Shown: positions 22,301 to 31,705, counted from the first letter of the stretch. The stretch is 58,470 nucleotides of DNA from an uncultured Candidatus Saccharibacteria bacterium (GCA_964503755.1 CAZDBO010000002.1:194261-252730), one strand, 5' to 3'. Notes: generated by a model not told the origin, from the sequence alone. Numbers and translations: made by a program.

Positions 22301-23255
22301 CGGGCTCATAAGTAACATCTAATCCCCCTGAAGAATTCCTTAGGACATTGACTCTATTGTATACAACATAATTGTTTTCTTGTCCAAGGCTAAAAACATC
22401 AAGTAAACGAAAATATAATCTATCTACAGGAGTAAAATTACGATATGTAGCCAATGTAGGATTTGGCTCATTAATACCAGGATAATACGCACATAATGCT
22501 GTATTATTATTTTTATACGAGCAATGATTTATTCTAATAGAACTCGTATTAATCTGGCCATTTAAAATTATATTTTTAATATCAAACCAAACTTGATTAT
22601 TTTGTCCTGCATTTTTATCATCACTAAAGACACCCACAAAATACGCTATGTTATTTTGAAAGTGTTTAAAAGTCATCCACCAATCTTCTGATCCTACTCT
22701 GCCAGTACCAATGTTAAGAAATCTATGTATATTATATTCCGTCCGTCTGAGTGAACCTGAATCAAAATAATATATAAGTAAAAAGAAATCACTATTTAAG
22801 GATCTTTTCGCAACCGTAATAAAACCTCCACCCAAACTGTTATTGCTAGTATTATCAAAATCATTTACCATCACTAAACTATAAAATCCGAAATCGCTAC
22901 CATATCGTAAATCTAAATTAGAGTTACTTGAAGGATTATCCCACGAACCAACTCCATTATTCCCTGATCCATTAAATATACGAATTCTTACGAACGTTGT
23001 TATGCTACCATTTGAAAAAATTTTTTCACCGAATACTCCCAATATAGCTTCAGGGTTAGAATTGCTACCAGTCCTGACTTTATCAATTCCTAGAATATTA
23101 TTATTTGGAGATGTTAAAGTTAAACCACTCGATAAGTTATTGGAAGCAGGAGGAACATCTAATACCTGAGCACGAGCAAAAAAACCTATTCCCAGAAGAA
23201 TATAAGAAGTAAAAAAAACAAATAGAAAAATTATAATTTTAATATTTTTTGTCAT
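19344..23255 (-). CDS. Giant (1303 aa) secreted protein, putative pilus-associated adhesin in the PilY1 position
   Basis: Signal peptide, N/S-rich beta domains, Cys pairs, PPGGPPGNPP linker, beta-helix-like C-terminal region; lies directly downstream of the minor pilin run. Confidence 0.55.
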   Translation of the reverse strand: MTKNIKIIIFLFVFFTSYILLGIGFFARAQVLDVPPASNNLSSGLTLTSPNNNILGIDKVRTGSNSNPEAILGVFGEKIFSNGSITTFVRIRIFNGSGNNGVGSWDNPSSNSNLDLRYGSDFGFYSLVMVNDFDNTSNNSLGGGFITVAKRSLNSDFFLLIYYFDSGSLRRTEYNIHRFLNIGTGRVGSEDWWMTFKHFQNNIAYFVGVFSDDKNAGQNNQVWFDIKNIILNGQINTSSIRINHCSYKNNNTALCAYYPGINEPNPTLATYRNFTPVDRLYFRLLDVFSLGQENNYVVYNRVNVLRNSSGGLDVTYEPVRIGRIVLDTSLNRFSITQLYQIPQGNNVTGSSLYYANNTFYVLYSQRIRSNNIDYDSINIATCSISSNNCTTNNFINSFNVSNYDVSIGDFSVIGNNLYFSYYYDDQDGRPDRCSGYRWYRINSGSITSYTINCSNQQIPYGGVFQVVMNGNYYYFVGNNFRMFAKDQGYIAPHNGEGMVTNQNMVWHYVYRSIPSIPDSCQSMEIRYTPINSSQEVSRSVNSIFSDNTIIGLPRPGSVVTISSVRHSNAPNFSTFWMRPANLMGTQLDDRCNYYLINSNNSSINIQGNLTIATFRVPDNIYNGITTNMPNAPGSNCSGRVLDFSQGIVFGVNYVDWVNGNRWCRNAGPSPSGGMVYEVSGSSSRPASPAQNCSNYCVIQTRYNSSVRCVINSPSGNVDLLNSGLSLSFRINDAVFSNISSISRYSIDLSNISIQDDNLNDTGTLSIIRSNSTANVTNNQYTINSNNDGVNLNYNINIPRSIFARTEFNNLAGSRNIPILLRVTTNNQLTFDCNINGQNNPPGGPPGNPPTGNPPATGTFDSLSSFQISSSCITPYRWNITIIPLRGTIERIYYRFNNSAPLTGITNEMTDQQITELLNPLTSSQVNPLVRIRVLQGGRNDIQIDATRLTDTSLTLYVIVRDNLGRRNVVFSQNGTTTLGGQSISDFSNRFDRSRPCMNLFYSTQRGDVGLKNTQVGNPNGDHKIFDYIVSNSSIDAVFMVLGVDYRISRDNNTYINNIQAKLSNLQNNLGNIVEKIPVRDRDSSITPTPSGTIVMYEPETADTNTEYTINFTYPTTENEGGIVIVFCPNCTLKINPRSQIASYGPSNNSMLLTYSDSLSETKYIFFANRIEFVGTGSYNLSNNVVNFNNQSSFNLYKGMFIARESLTTDYSTTTNIVYGSVYTNRIVLRERTSECNHPSQVTYCFIYQNPNLIFRQSGEPSENYDDDPRYPYIHIMYDPILALRAGEYIGSGPSRYNRSVVGL

Positions 23256-23662
23256 ACTCTAAACCCACTTAAATATTTTTTTACACTTTCTATAAGACTT
23301 TTATTTGTCATAGCCATTTTATTAAAGTATCCATCACATCCTTTTTCATATGCATACCGTATCGTATTAACTACTCCCACGTTGGTTAACATTACGACGA
23401 CCGGTGTGCCATATTTTTCTGGATTTGTTTTAACTTTATCAAGTACCTCAATACCACTGATACCCTCAGGCATCATTATGTCTAAAAGTAAAAGATCATA
23501 TTTTTTTTGTACTATTTTTTCTAACGCCTCATCACCACGAGTTGAAGTATCTATATCATGAAATCCTGCACTATTTAAAGCCTCAACCAACATTTCTAGT
23601 ATATCCTGTTCATCATCCAGTATAAAAATTTTTTTATCAAATATATCACTATCTTGATTCAT
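23252..23662 (-). CDS. Single-domain response regulator (CheY-like receiver)
   Basis: ILDDE, LLDIMMP (phosphoacceptor Asp), VMLTN, YFNK all intact; no output domain. Confidence 0.92.
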   Translation of the reverse strand: MNQDSDIFDKKIFILDDEQDILEMLVEALNSAGFHDIDTSTRGDEALEKIVQKKYDLLLLDIMMPEGISGIEVLDKVKTNPEKYGTPVVVMLTNVGVVNTIRYAYEKGCDGYFNKMAMTNKSLIESVKKYLSGFRV

Positions 23663-23702
23663 ATAATATTAATTTAGTTAGTTTTTAGATTCATGTCAAT
23701 AT

Positions 23703-24581
23703 TTATAGTTCAAAGTAAACATAATCATAAATACTATCTGTCACAAACGTCCTACCACCAGTAGGCAGCCTGAAATATACCAAAGAATTTGAACCTAAAT
23801 ATACATCAGATTGTAAAAGTATTTCTAATGATCTAGTCGATGCTATTACACGAGAATTATTCAAATCATAAACGTAAAGTCCTATCTGACAATTGGCATT
23901 ATCTCCGATATACCTAGCTGATATATAAAAAGTGCGATATGATTGTGGACTTGTTAAATTACTCGTTTGTGTTAACTCTTGTTTGTTTTCAACATGTTTC
24001 CACATCCCATGCTGTATATTAACCTGAACTCCTTTGTATTTTCCCACAATAATGTTATTATTATCCCACCCAACTCTTGTAAAAATGAAATCATTCATAG
24101 AACAATTTCGTATATCTACCACTACATTCCCAATAACAGGTGCATTCTGAGAACTAGCAAAATTTTCCACTAATCTCAAAACTACTGTCTGTTCTTGTTT
24201 TACATTAACGCGATTATCTTGAGTAGCTCTGGCATACACTTTAAGTTGCTGATTATCTATCTGTTGGTTGTTTAAGTTTAAACCTGATTGGGAAAAACAA
24301 CTAGAAATATCAGAAAATTCATTCGTTTGTGTATTTCTATTAACACAATTTCTAAAATCGATATTATCATGTAACGAAATCACATTATTAATAAAACCCT
24401 CTGAATATAGCAAGGATCTTTCATACTCAGAGGTACGTGCAATACTAAACTCAGTACTGATAATTCTGTCTGATATACTAAGAAGTATTGCCACCATTAC
24501 TACACTAATTATCAATATCAAAAGAAGGGCATTACCTGCAAACTTTGTATTAATAAATCTTTTGATCCTTTGCATGTACAA
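23703..24581 (-). CDS. Minor pilin, PilX/GspK-like
   Basis: KFAG|NALLLILIISVVMVAILL prepilin-like N-terminus lacking Glu5, as in the PilX class; last of four consecutive pilin genes. Confidence 0.65.
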   Translation of the reverse strand: MYMQRIKRFINTKFAGNALLLILIISVVMVAILLSISDRIISTEFSIARTSEYERSLLYSEGFINNVISLHDNIDFRNCVNRNTQTNEFSDISSCFSQSGLNLNNQQIDNQQLKVYARATQDNRVNVKQEQTVVLRLVENFASSQNAPVIGNVVVDIRNCSMNDFIFTRVGWDNNNIIVGKYKGVQVNIQHGMWKHVENKQELTQTSNLTSPQSYRTFYISARYIGDNANCQIGLYVYDLNNSRVIASTRSLEILLQSDVYLGSNSLVYFRLPTGGRTFVTDSIYDYVYFEL

Positions 24582-24595
24582 ATATTTTGACTAAT

Positions 24596-25219
24596 TTATC
24601 TGTTTCTTGCAACAACCGCAAAAGCATATCTATAATTTGAAGAATTCTGTCCTGAACAATGATACAAATTTAATCTTGGTAAGAGGTCAGTTGAACATGC
24701 ATCTATAGTAATGTAAATTATCTGAATATCAGATAAATCAGATTTTGTTCTCACATTAAAACTCCTTATCTGTACACTAGAAGAATGCATAGATGACATA
24801 CCAGAAGTATCATCATTACAATAGTTATAATTAGATGAAGAACTAGTACCACTTAAATCACTACTTCGATTAAGTGTTTTCTCAGTCAATCTAGATCTAT
24901 CATTTGCGTAATTTATTATCTTTATATTGTCATTATTTAGGTTCATAATTATCGTAGTAGTATTATTATTTCTTGGAGGACAAATGAAAAAACTTTTTGT
25001 ATTTCTAAAAGTATTTTTTATATTTAATGCTATATTTTGTATCTGAGTCAAGAAAGAATTTTTAGCATCTTGTGCAACTGAAAGGTCCACAACCCGCATA
25101 AAAAGTGTAGACAATACTAATAAAACTACCATAAAAATCACCATAGATATTAATAACTCAATAAGAGAAAATCCTATTAATTTTTTATTTATAAGCATTT
25201 TAGCACTAGTTTTTAACAT
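24596..25219 (-). CDS. Minor pilin with type IV N-methylation site (PilW-like position)
   Basis: KKLIG|FSLIELLISMVIF. Confidence 0.85.
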   Translation of the reverse strand: MLKTSAKMLINKKLIGFSLIELLISMVIFMVVLLVLSTLFMRVVDLSVAQDAKNSFLTQIQNIALNIKNTFRNTKSFFICPPRNNNTTTIIMNLNNDNIKIINYANDRSRLTEKTLNRSSDLSGTSSSSNYNYCNDDTSGMSSMHSSSVQIRSFNVRTKSDLSDIQIIYITIDACSTDLLPRLNLYHCSGQNSSNYRYAFAVVARNR

Positions 25220-25860
25220 ATCGATGCTTTATTTACTCTTAATATATAACTAGGCACCGTCACCATACGAGTATTGTCGTAATTATATCTAGCAGTAATG
25301 TTCAATATTATAAAATTTCCTTCAATTTTTCTCTCTATTCGCAATTGTATATTTTGTAAATCAATACGAGAATTATTTAATCCTGCCAATTCTGGACCAT
25401 TATATGATACGTATTCACTCTGAGACTCAAAAAGATTGAGTTGTATATTTGTATTCTGATTATCTTGTGCAATATTTGGTATTGACATAGAATAATATAT
25501 CCTTTGAATTTGGTTATCACAAAAACGACCAAAATTATGCAAGGGTGTCTGTTGTGGATTTAAATTTGGAATTAAACTTGAGCGTATTTGACTTATGTTT
25601 GACAGATTATTTGATTTAGCAAAAGCTAGTGTATCTACAATATATTTTTGTTGTTCTGCAAGAATATTTATGATTTGGTTTAAAGACTCTCTAACAGTAT
25701 TGGTTTCTGCTTTAAGATAAATGCTAATAGTAAAAACGGCAACTGTAGTAATGACTATACTACTGACCGCCATCCCAACCAGGAGATCTACAAGCGTAAA
25801 TGCCTTGAATTGCCTTGAATTAATAATATTAAATTTTCTTTTTAACAACTTGAACCACAT
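25213..25860 (-). CDS. Minor pilin (PilV-like position) with Asp at +5
   Basis: RQFKA|FTLVDLLVGMAVSSIVI. Confidence 0.75.
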   Translation of the reverse strand: MWFKLLKRKFNIINSRQFKAFTLVDLLVGMAVSSIVITTVAVFTISIYLKAETNTVRESLNQIINILAEQQKYIVDTLAFAKSNNLSNISQIRSSLIPNLNPQQTPLHNFGRFCDNQIQRIYYSMSIPNIAQDNQNTNIQLNLFESQSEYVSYNGPELAGLNNSRIDLQNIQLRIERKIEGNFIILNITARYNYDNTRMVTVPSYILRVNKASIC

Positions 25861-26561
25861 ATTCTTATATATCCATCTTTTGATATCCTTATCGTATTTG
25901 TAACACCCAATATGGAATTAGTTCTTATTTTTATATCACAGGAGTTATTAATATTTATATTATTAGCTAATATTTTTGTATAACCCGCTGAAAAAAATAT
26001 GTAATCCCCACATGTAGAAGAATCTCTTCTCACACCATTAATTATTTTTTCCCAAAAGACATCTAGAGTGCTTGATTCTTTACACTGTACAGTGTATGCT
26101 GTTGCATTATTAATGACTACTGATATTTCATAAGGTGTGTTTTCAACAACAAAAAAATTACTGCTATTACATGAGAAACTTGAAGCACGATTATTAAATA
26201 ATTCTTGTATTCTCGAAGTAACTTTCTCCGGAGCAAAACTTTCACGCGACGGAGTAAAATATATCACGCCTCTCACCAGTTTTAACCCTGATGCACCTTG
26301 TTCATTTTCTATTTTTACATAAGTTCCAATCACAACTCCATTATTTTCCAAAAATATATCACCATCCGCTAAAACAAACTTACTCTGGGCTACAGACTGA
26401 GAGCCAAGCAAAAAAGAACGTATCTCACGTATAGCATTATCTAGAAGTGAGGTATCTTGTATATAAAATACCCCTGCAATTGTTGATGCAGTTAAAAAAA
26501 CAATAATTGTCATTACAACAATTATTTCTATAAGCGTGAACCCTTTCAAACGTGTATTCAT
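25842..26561 (-). CDS. Minor pilin (FimT/FimU/GspH-like)
   Basis: RLKG|FTLIEIIVVM; C-terminal TIRISKDGYI strand typical of the GspH/FimT class; ATG at 26561 (TTG at 26564 is an alternative). Confidence 0.85.
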   Translation of the reverse strand: MNTRLKGFTLIEIIVVMTIIVFLTASTIAGVFYIQDTSLLDNAIREIRSFLLGSQSVAQSKFVLADGDIFLENNGVVIGTYVKIENEQGASGLKLVRGVIYFTPSRESFAPEKVTSRIQELFNNRASSFSCNSSNFFVVENTPYEISVVINNATAYTVQCKESSTLDVFWEKIINGVRRDSSTCGDYIFFSAGYTKILANNININNSCDIKIRTNSILGVTNTIRISKDGYIRICGSSC

Positions 26562-26600
26562 CAATATAACAATAGAAAATTATTAGTCTCAATGCAAGAT

Positions 26601-27035
26601 TTACTCAGATTGAATATAAGTAACCTTGTTTATTTTTACATTTTTTTTGGAGGATTCAATTATGGCATCAGCATCTGTTTTTGCTCTATCTGGATTTTCT
26701 GTATCGAATATATAAACAACAATATGATCGCTTACATAAGGTGTAAAAAATTCAATTGAGAATCTTTCATCGGGATCATAATAAGGAATACTATTTTTTG
26801 CATATAATTCAGCTTGATAAAAAATATCATCTTCAATTCTCCTCTCAGCACTTTGAAAAGGTTGATCTATGACTTCATTCGAAGTATTAAAAACACCAAG
26901 CATAGATAAAATCGCGTATGTAAAGATACCACAAGTCAAAAGGGAAAAAACGGACGCAAGATAAAAATTAATTTTCTTTTGCTTTTCTACAAATTCTTCT
27001 TTTTTCTTAAATTTATAAATATTTGAACTTTTCAT
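26601..27035 (-). CDS. Hypothetical single-TM protein
   Basis: One TM (FYLASVFSLLTCGIFTYAILSMLGVF); start moved to ATG 27035 because the longer ORF overlaps tRNA-Pro. Confidence 0.65.
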   Translation of the reverse strand: MKSSNIYKFKKKEEFVEKQKKINFYLASVFSLLTCGIFTYAILSMLGVFNTSNEVIDQPFQSAERRIEDDIFYQAELYAKNSIPYYDPDERFSIEFFTPYVSDHIVVYIFDTENPDRAKTDADAIIESSKKNVKINKVTYIQSE

Positions 27036-27053
27036 CCAAAAAATACTAAATAT

Positions 27054-27130
27054 TGGTCGGGGTAAGCAGACTCGAACTGCTGATCTCAAGACCCCCAGCC
27101 TTGTGCTTTAGCCAACTAAGCTATACCCCG
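27054..27130 (-). tRNA. tRNA-Pro, anticodon GGG
   Basis: Cloverleaf: acceptor CGGGGTA/TACCCCG, anticodon arm CAAGG-CTGGGGG-TCTTG, T-loop TTCGAGT, encoded CCA. Confidence 0.97.
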
Positions 27131-27139
27131 ATTATTTTT

Positions 27140-27148
27140 ATTATATCA
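27140..27148 (-). promoter_or_regulatory. Extended -10 promoter (TGATATAAT) for tRNA-Pro
   Basis: TGnTATAAT 9 nt upstream of the tRNA 5' end. Confidence 0.65.
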
Positions 27149-27152
27149 AAAT

Positions 27153-27932
27153 CTATGGCTCGATATAAATCTTTGATTTGTCATATTCAGAACACAGATA
27201 TAAAAGTCCATCTGAATCAAAAATATATTGTACATAGGTTTTATCCAAATACTCATCACAACTTTGAACTCTAGAAAACTGATATTCAGTAGAGGATATA
27301 TCCACAACCAAAGCATCAGAAGTATTAATTTGTTTCGTATATAAATATAATTTATTTGATGGTGTTCCAATATTTGTGGCAGATGAGTTATTGATATAGA
27401 TTTCGGGAATATGATTATAAAAATATCGATAGCTCTGAATTTGTTTTAGTAAAACCAAAATAATTTTTTTCCTATCCTCATCACGAGCTCTCTTTGCTTC
27501 AGTATTGTCTATATAATCTTGAGATTCACCTATAGCTGGAGTAGGAGATAAAGTAACAGTCGGAGTTAAGTTTACTTTATTTGTTGTTTTATTAGTTGTC
27601 TTATTTGAACTAGTCTTATTTTGTGATGATTTATTATTTGTTGACGAAATTGATTGTTTTGGTGTTTGATAATTGTTCTCAATTTTTGTATTCGTATCAT
27701 TATCTTGTTTTTTCTCTAAACTTTGATCATACTGTACCTTTAAATCTAAATCTAATCCCGCAATATAATCATTTTGATCAACATAATTTACTGGTTTAAC
27801 CTTAATCTGATTCTCAAAATATTTTAATTTATCAGAGGCAAAAATATTATTACTAAATAAAAAATATAAAATACATAAAAGAACAAAAACATTTATATTC
27901 AAAACTAAAATTTTAGATAAAATACCTTTCAT
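27153..27932 (-). CDS. Membrane-anchored protein with an S/T/N/K-rich linker and a C-terminal pilin-like head
   Basis: N-terminal TM; low-complexity linker; AKRARDEDRKK..LKQIQSYRYFYNHIP resembles the post-helix segment of GspG-type pilins. Confidence 0.5.
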   Translation of the reverse strand: MKGILSKILVLNINVFVLLCILYFLFSNNIFASDKLKYFENQIKVKPVNYVDQNDYIAGLDLDLKVQYDQSLEKKQDNDTNTKIENNYQTPKQSISSTNNKSSQNKTSSNKTTNKTTNKVNLTPTVTLSPTPAIGESQDYIDNTEAKRARDEDRKKIILVLLKQIQSYRYFYNHIPEIYINNSSATNIGTPSNKLYLYTKQINTSDALVVDISSTEYQFSRVQSCDEYLDKTYVQYIFDSDGLLYLCSEYDKSKIYIEP

Positions 27933-30520
27933 ATCACTGCAATAGATGCAACACGATCATCTTCATCTAATTTAAACAAAATCACACCACTAGTAACGCG
28001 CCCACTTTCTTGTATATCTTTTACATTTATTCTAATTGATTTACCTTGTACTGATAATATTAAAAGATCTCTATCTGGGTGATCGATGATGCGTGCTGAT
28101 TTAATAAAACGAGTCTTGGATGTAATTTTATGAGCTAGCATACCTTTTGTGGCTCTTCCTTTGGTAGGATACTCGGATAATAAAGTCATTTTTCCATATC
28201 CTTTTTCTGTAACAGTCAATATCCGATCTTCATCGATTCTTACGACATCCATCATAATCACAATATCATCACTGGACAGGCGAATACCTGTAATCCCTCT
28301 CGCACTACGTCCCATTACGCGCACAGACTTGCTATTAAATCTCACAGCTCTTGCTTTTTTAGTTATGATAATAACATCAGATTTTACATCAATATTACGC
28401 ACAAAGGCAAGTTCATCTCCGCTGTCCAAATTTATTACAGTTATACCATTTCTACGTATTTCTGATATTTCGGTTTTGTCTATTTTTTTGATAATTCCTC
28501 GCTTAGTACACATGAAAATATACTTAGTTTTATCAAATTTCTCCCCTTCTTGAGATTGATCTTGATCAATAATCTCTTTATTCAACTGTCTTACCAATAC
28601 CGCAGTTATAGTTTCATTAGTATCTATGGATACAAAATTGATTACAGGTGTTCCTTTTGATTTTTTCTGTTGTTCAGGTATATCAGCTACTTTTAGAGTA
28701 TACGCTTTACCTTTATTTGAAAACAAAATAAGCTCGCTATGGGTATCACAATAAATGATATGTTCTACATAATCATCCTTTTTGGTCACAGCCCCAACAC
28801 TTCCTTTTCCTCCACGTGATTGAGATTTAAATTCTTTTATATCAACACGTCTTATATAACCAGCCTTTGATATAGTAACAATAACATCTTTTTTTTCAAC
28901 TAGGTTTAAACCAAATTCATCTGATTGTCCATTTTGATATTGTTTCACGACTCGTGTTTTTCTCTCATCACCAAACTGTTTTTTTATACTTTCAAGATTC
29001 GACTTAATATGACTTAATATCAAACTTGGGGAATCTAAAAATATTCGTGCTTGTTCTAGAGAATTTTTTACTTCATTTAATTCCTCTTGAATCTTAGCTC
29101 TCTCAAGAGCAGCTAATTTTCTAAGTTGCATGTCCAAAATAGCCTGTGCTTGCACATCAGTAAAACCAAATCGATCCATCAAATTTGTTTTAGCAGAATC
29201 TGCACTTGGTGAATTACGAATAATACTAATAATTTCATCAATAAAATCTAATGCCTTTTTCAACCCCTCGAAGATATGTTCTTTTTGAACATTTTGATTC
29301 GCTTCGAAAATTTTTGCTCTTATCTCTACCTCGATTCTATGTTTTAAGAATAATTCAAGAATTTTCTTCAAACTTAAAGTATGTGGCTCTCCATCTACTA
29401 TAGCAACCATATTTATATTGAACGCAAGTTGCATCTCTGAATTGCGATACAGTTTGTTCAAAAGCACATGAGAATTTACCCCCTTTTTTAGCTCTAAGAC
29501 CAATCTTATTCCCTCTTTACTGTTACTCTCATCACGAATATCACTAATACCTTCTATTTTCTCTTCTTTCAAAAGATCATGAATTCGCTCAGCTAATTTT
29601 GCCTTGTTTACCTGATATGGTAACTCTGTTACAACTATTTGAACACGTCCTTTTGTTGTCTCTTCAAGTTTGGTAATTGCTCGCATGATTACTCGTCCAC
29701 GTCCCGTTTCATAAGCTTGAATGAGTCCGCCATCATCTATAAATTCTGCACCTGTAGAAAAATCCGGACCTTTTACATACTTTATAAGTTCAGTAGTGGT
29801 AACATCAACCATAAAATTAGGGTAGGGAATAGGCATATCCGATAGCTGTGCATCCCTCGCAGTATAATAATCTTTAGCTATATATTGCGAAAAAGAATAA
29901 GTTATATCGGCGGTTTTAAGATAAATGTCAATCAAATAAATAAGCGCATCAATAATTTCAGTAAGATTGTGAGGGGGTATTTTTGTTGCCATACCAACTG
30001 CAATACCATCTGCGCCATTGATAAGTAAATTGGGTATCTGTGTTGGTAATACTGACGGTTCTAGTTCGTCGCCAGTATAGTTGGGAACAAAATTAACAGT
30101 TTGATTTTCTATACCTTCAAGAAACTTAGTAGTAATTTTGGCAAGTCTAACCTCGGTATACCTCGCAGCAGCTGGCGAGTCACCGTCAATAGATCCAAAA
30201 TTTCCCTGTCCATCAACCAGAGGATATCGCATCACCCAATCCTGAGCTAATCTTGCCAACGCATCATAAACGGAGGCATCACCATGCGGATGGTATTTTT
30301 TCAATACCTCACCTATAACTCCCATTGACTTTTTATATGAACCATCCGGTAAAATCCGATCTTTATACATTGCATAGAGTATCCTTCTTACAACAGGTTT
30401 TAACCCGTCACGCACATCAGGAAGTGCTCGCGCAACAATAACACTCATCGCATAATCTATGTATGACTTTTTTAATTCTTCTTCTACTGATACTATTTTT
30501 ATATTTTGAGCTTGTGACAT
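27929..30520 (-). CDS. gyrA: DNA gyrase subunit A
   Basis: [25 protein letters not shown] (catalytic Tyr), GyrA-box QSRGGKG, C-terminal beta-pinwheel repeats. Confidence 0.97.
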   Translation of the reverse strand: MSQAQNIKIVSVEEELKKSYIDYAMSVIVARALPDVRDGLKPVVRRILYAMYKDRILPDGSYKKSMGVIGEVLKKYHPHGDASVYDALARLAQDWVMRYPLVDGQGNFGSIDGDSPAAARYTEVRLAKITTKFLEGIENQTVNFVPNYTGDELEPSVLPTQIPNLLINGADGIAVGMATKIPPHNLTEIIDALIYLIDIYLKTADITYSFSQYIAKDYYTARDAQLSDMPIPYPNFMVDVTTTELIKYVKGPDFSTGAEFIDDGGLIQAYETGRGRVIMRAITKLEETTKGRVQIVVTELPYQVNKAKLAERIHDLLKEEKIEGISDIRDESNSKEGIRLVLELKKGVNSHVLLNKLYRNSEMQLAFNINMVAIVDGEPHTLSLKKILELFLKHRIEVEIRAKIFEANQNVQKEHIFEGLKKALDFIDEIISIIRNSPSADSAKTNLMDRFGFTDVQAQAILDMQLRKLAALERAKIQEELNEVKNSLEQARIFLDSPSLILSHIKSNLESIKKQFGDERKTRVVKQYQNGQSDEFGLNLVEKKDVIVTISKAGYIRRVDIKEFKSQSRGGKGSVGAVTKKDDYVEHIIYCDTHSELILFSNKGKAYTLKVADIPEQQKKSKGTPVINFVSIDTNETITAVLVRQLNKEIIDQDQSQEGEKFDKTKYIFMCTKRGIIKKIDKTEISEIRRNGITVINLDSGDELAFVRNIDVKSDVIIITKKARAVRFNSKSVRVMGRSARGITGIRLSSDDIVIMMDVVRIDEDRILTVTEKGYGKMTLLSEYPTKGRATKGMLAHKITSKTRFIKSARIIDHPDRDLLILSVQGKSIRINVKDIQESGRVTSGVILFKLDEDDRVASIAVI

Positions 30521-30588
30521 TAGTTCGATTATACAATAAATATTTTCAATACAATTAATGAAATAAATATTTGAAAAAATTGACTAAC

Positions 30589-31143
30589 TTATACTACCGG
30601 CGGCATCTGTCCATTATTTAATGCCATATATCGATCTAATTCTTTAGCCGTAATAATTTTTGAGTGATCCTTGACTCTTTCAAGAAATATAATACCATCA
30701 AGATGATCCATTTCATGTAAAATAATATGACTCATTTCATTTTTAAATTCTTTCTTATTTAATTTTCCATTATCATCAAGATATTCTAAAACAACTCTAA
30801 CCGGTCTTTTCACCGGACCAAATAATGAATTTTCTCCAGTACCTACCGATGCACATCCTTCCCAGAGTGTTGACTGTTTTTCATCTAATTCCAAAATTTT
30901 AGGATTAATTACTCTGATAAATCTATTTTTATTTAAGTCAAAAGCAACAAACACTCTTACATTCCAACCTACCTGTGCTCCTGATAAGCCCACTATCAAA
31001 ACATCTCTTGATGTTTTTCTACATAATCTTTCAAGATCATCAAGAAGTCTAATCACGTCAGCATCTATTGATTTAATTTCTCTAGAAACTAACTTTAATT
31101 TCGGGTCTGGATATTGTAGTATTTTATTAAACCTTTTTGCCAT
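30589..31143 (-). CDS. def: Peptide deformylase
   Basis: VGLSGAQVG, EGCAS, HEMDHL motifs. Confidence 0.93.
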   Translation of the reverse strand: MAKRFNKILQYPDPKLKLVSREIKSIDADVIRLLDDLERLCRKTSRDVLIVGLSGAQVGWNVRVFVAFDLNKNRFIRVINPKILELDEKQSTLWEGCASVGTGENSLFGPVKRPVRVVLEYLDDNGKLNKKEFKNEMSHIILHEMDHLDGIIFLERVKDHSKIITAKELDRYMALNNGQMPPVV

Positions 31144-31705
31144 TTTTTCTTAACTTATATTGAAAATCAATTATAGCAGAATCAATACTACAATTACTCT
31201 TAATTTTTTTATATAACTCTTCTAAACAATGTATAACTTTTACATACGAGCTTATATTAATTAGATATTCAATTCCATTTAAATAATCTTGCCTGTCTTT
31301 TTTTTCTTTTGACTTTATAGAATTTATTAGTTCATTAAAGTCTTTGAACAGAACATCTATATCATTTGTTTCCGAATCATCAATTCTCTCATATTCTATT
31401 TGCATTCTAGACAAGATTGTTTTTAAGAAAACATTTTTTTTAGAGATAAAAACAATATTACGTTCCGTTTCTTCTATTAGCTTTAAAAGCATATCCTGAA
31501 TAATTGGAGTAAATGTTTCAGATTTCAGGAATGAGATGCATTCATTAGATGAAATGTTATTATAAAAAAAGTATGTTTTTATTAGTTGTTTCACAGATTC
31601 AACCGTATAACTATCATCTTGTGGCGATAAAAAATAAAATTTTGAATATTTATCTTTGTATTTATTTAAAAAACTTTCCTGACTCCCAATGTAAATTAAT
31701 TTCAT
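31127..31705 (-). CDS. holB: DNA polymerase III delta-prime-like protein (short, divergent)
   Basis: YTVESVKQLI and QDMLLKLIEE..FIS..LKTILSR resemble the delta-prime core (QNALLKTLEE..TIxSR). Confidence 0.55.
   Translation of the reverse strand: MKLIYIGSQESFLNKYKDKYSKFYFLSPQDDSYTVESVKQLIKTYFFYNNISSNECISFLKSETFTPIIQDMLLKLIEETERNIVFISKKNVFLKTILSRMQIEYERIDDSETNDIDVLFKDFNELINSIKSKEKKDRQDYLNGIEYLINISSYVKVIHCLEELYKKIKSNCSIDSAIIDFQYKLRKNGKKV

Noticed and set aside
27053-27370. ORFs 27053-27274 (+), 27146-27370 (-) and the 5' extension of 26601-27089
   Set aside because: They overlap tRNA-Pro or the 259-aa gene
29800-29930. Possible intein in GyrA
   Set aside because: Far too short; no N-terminal Cys/Ser block or C-terminal His-Asn
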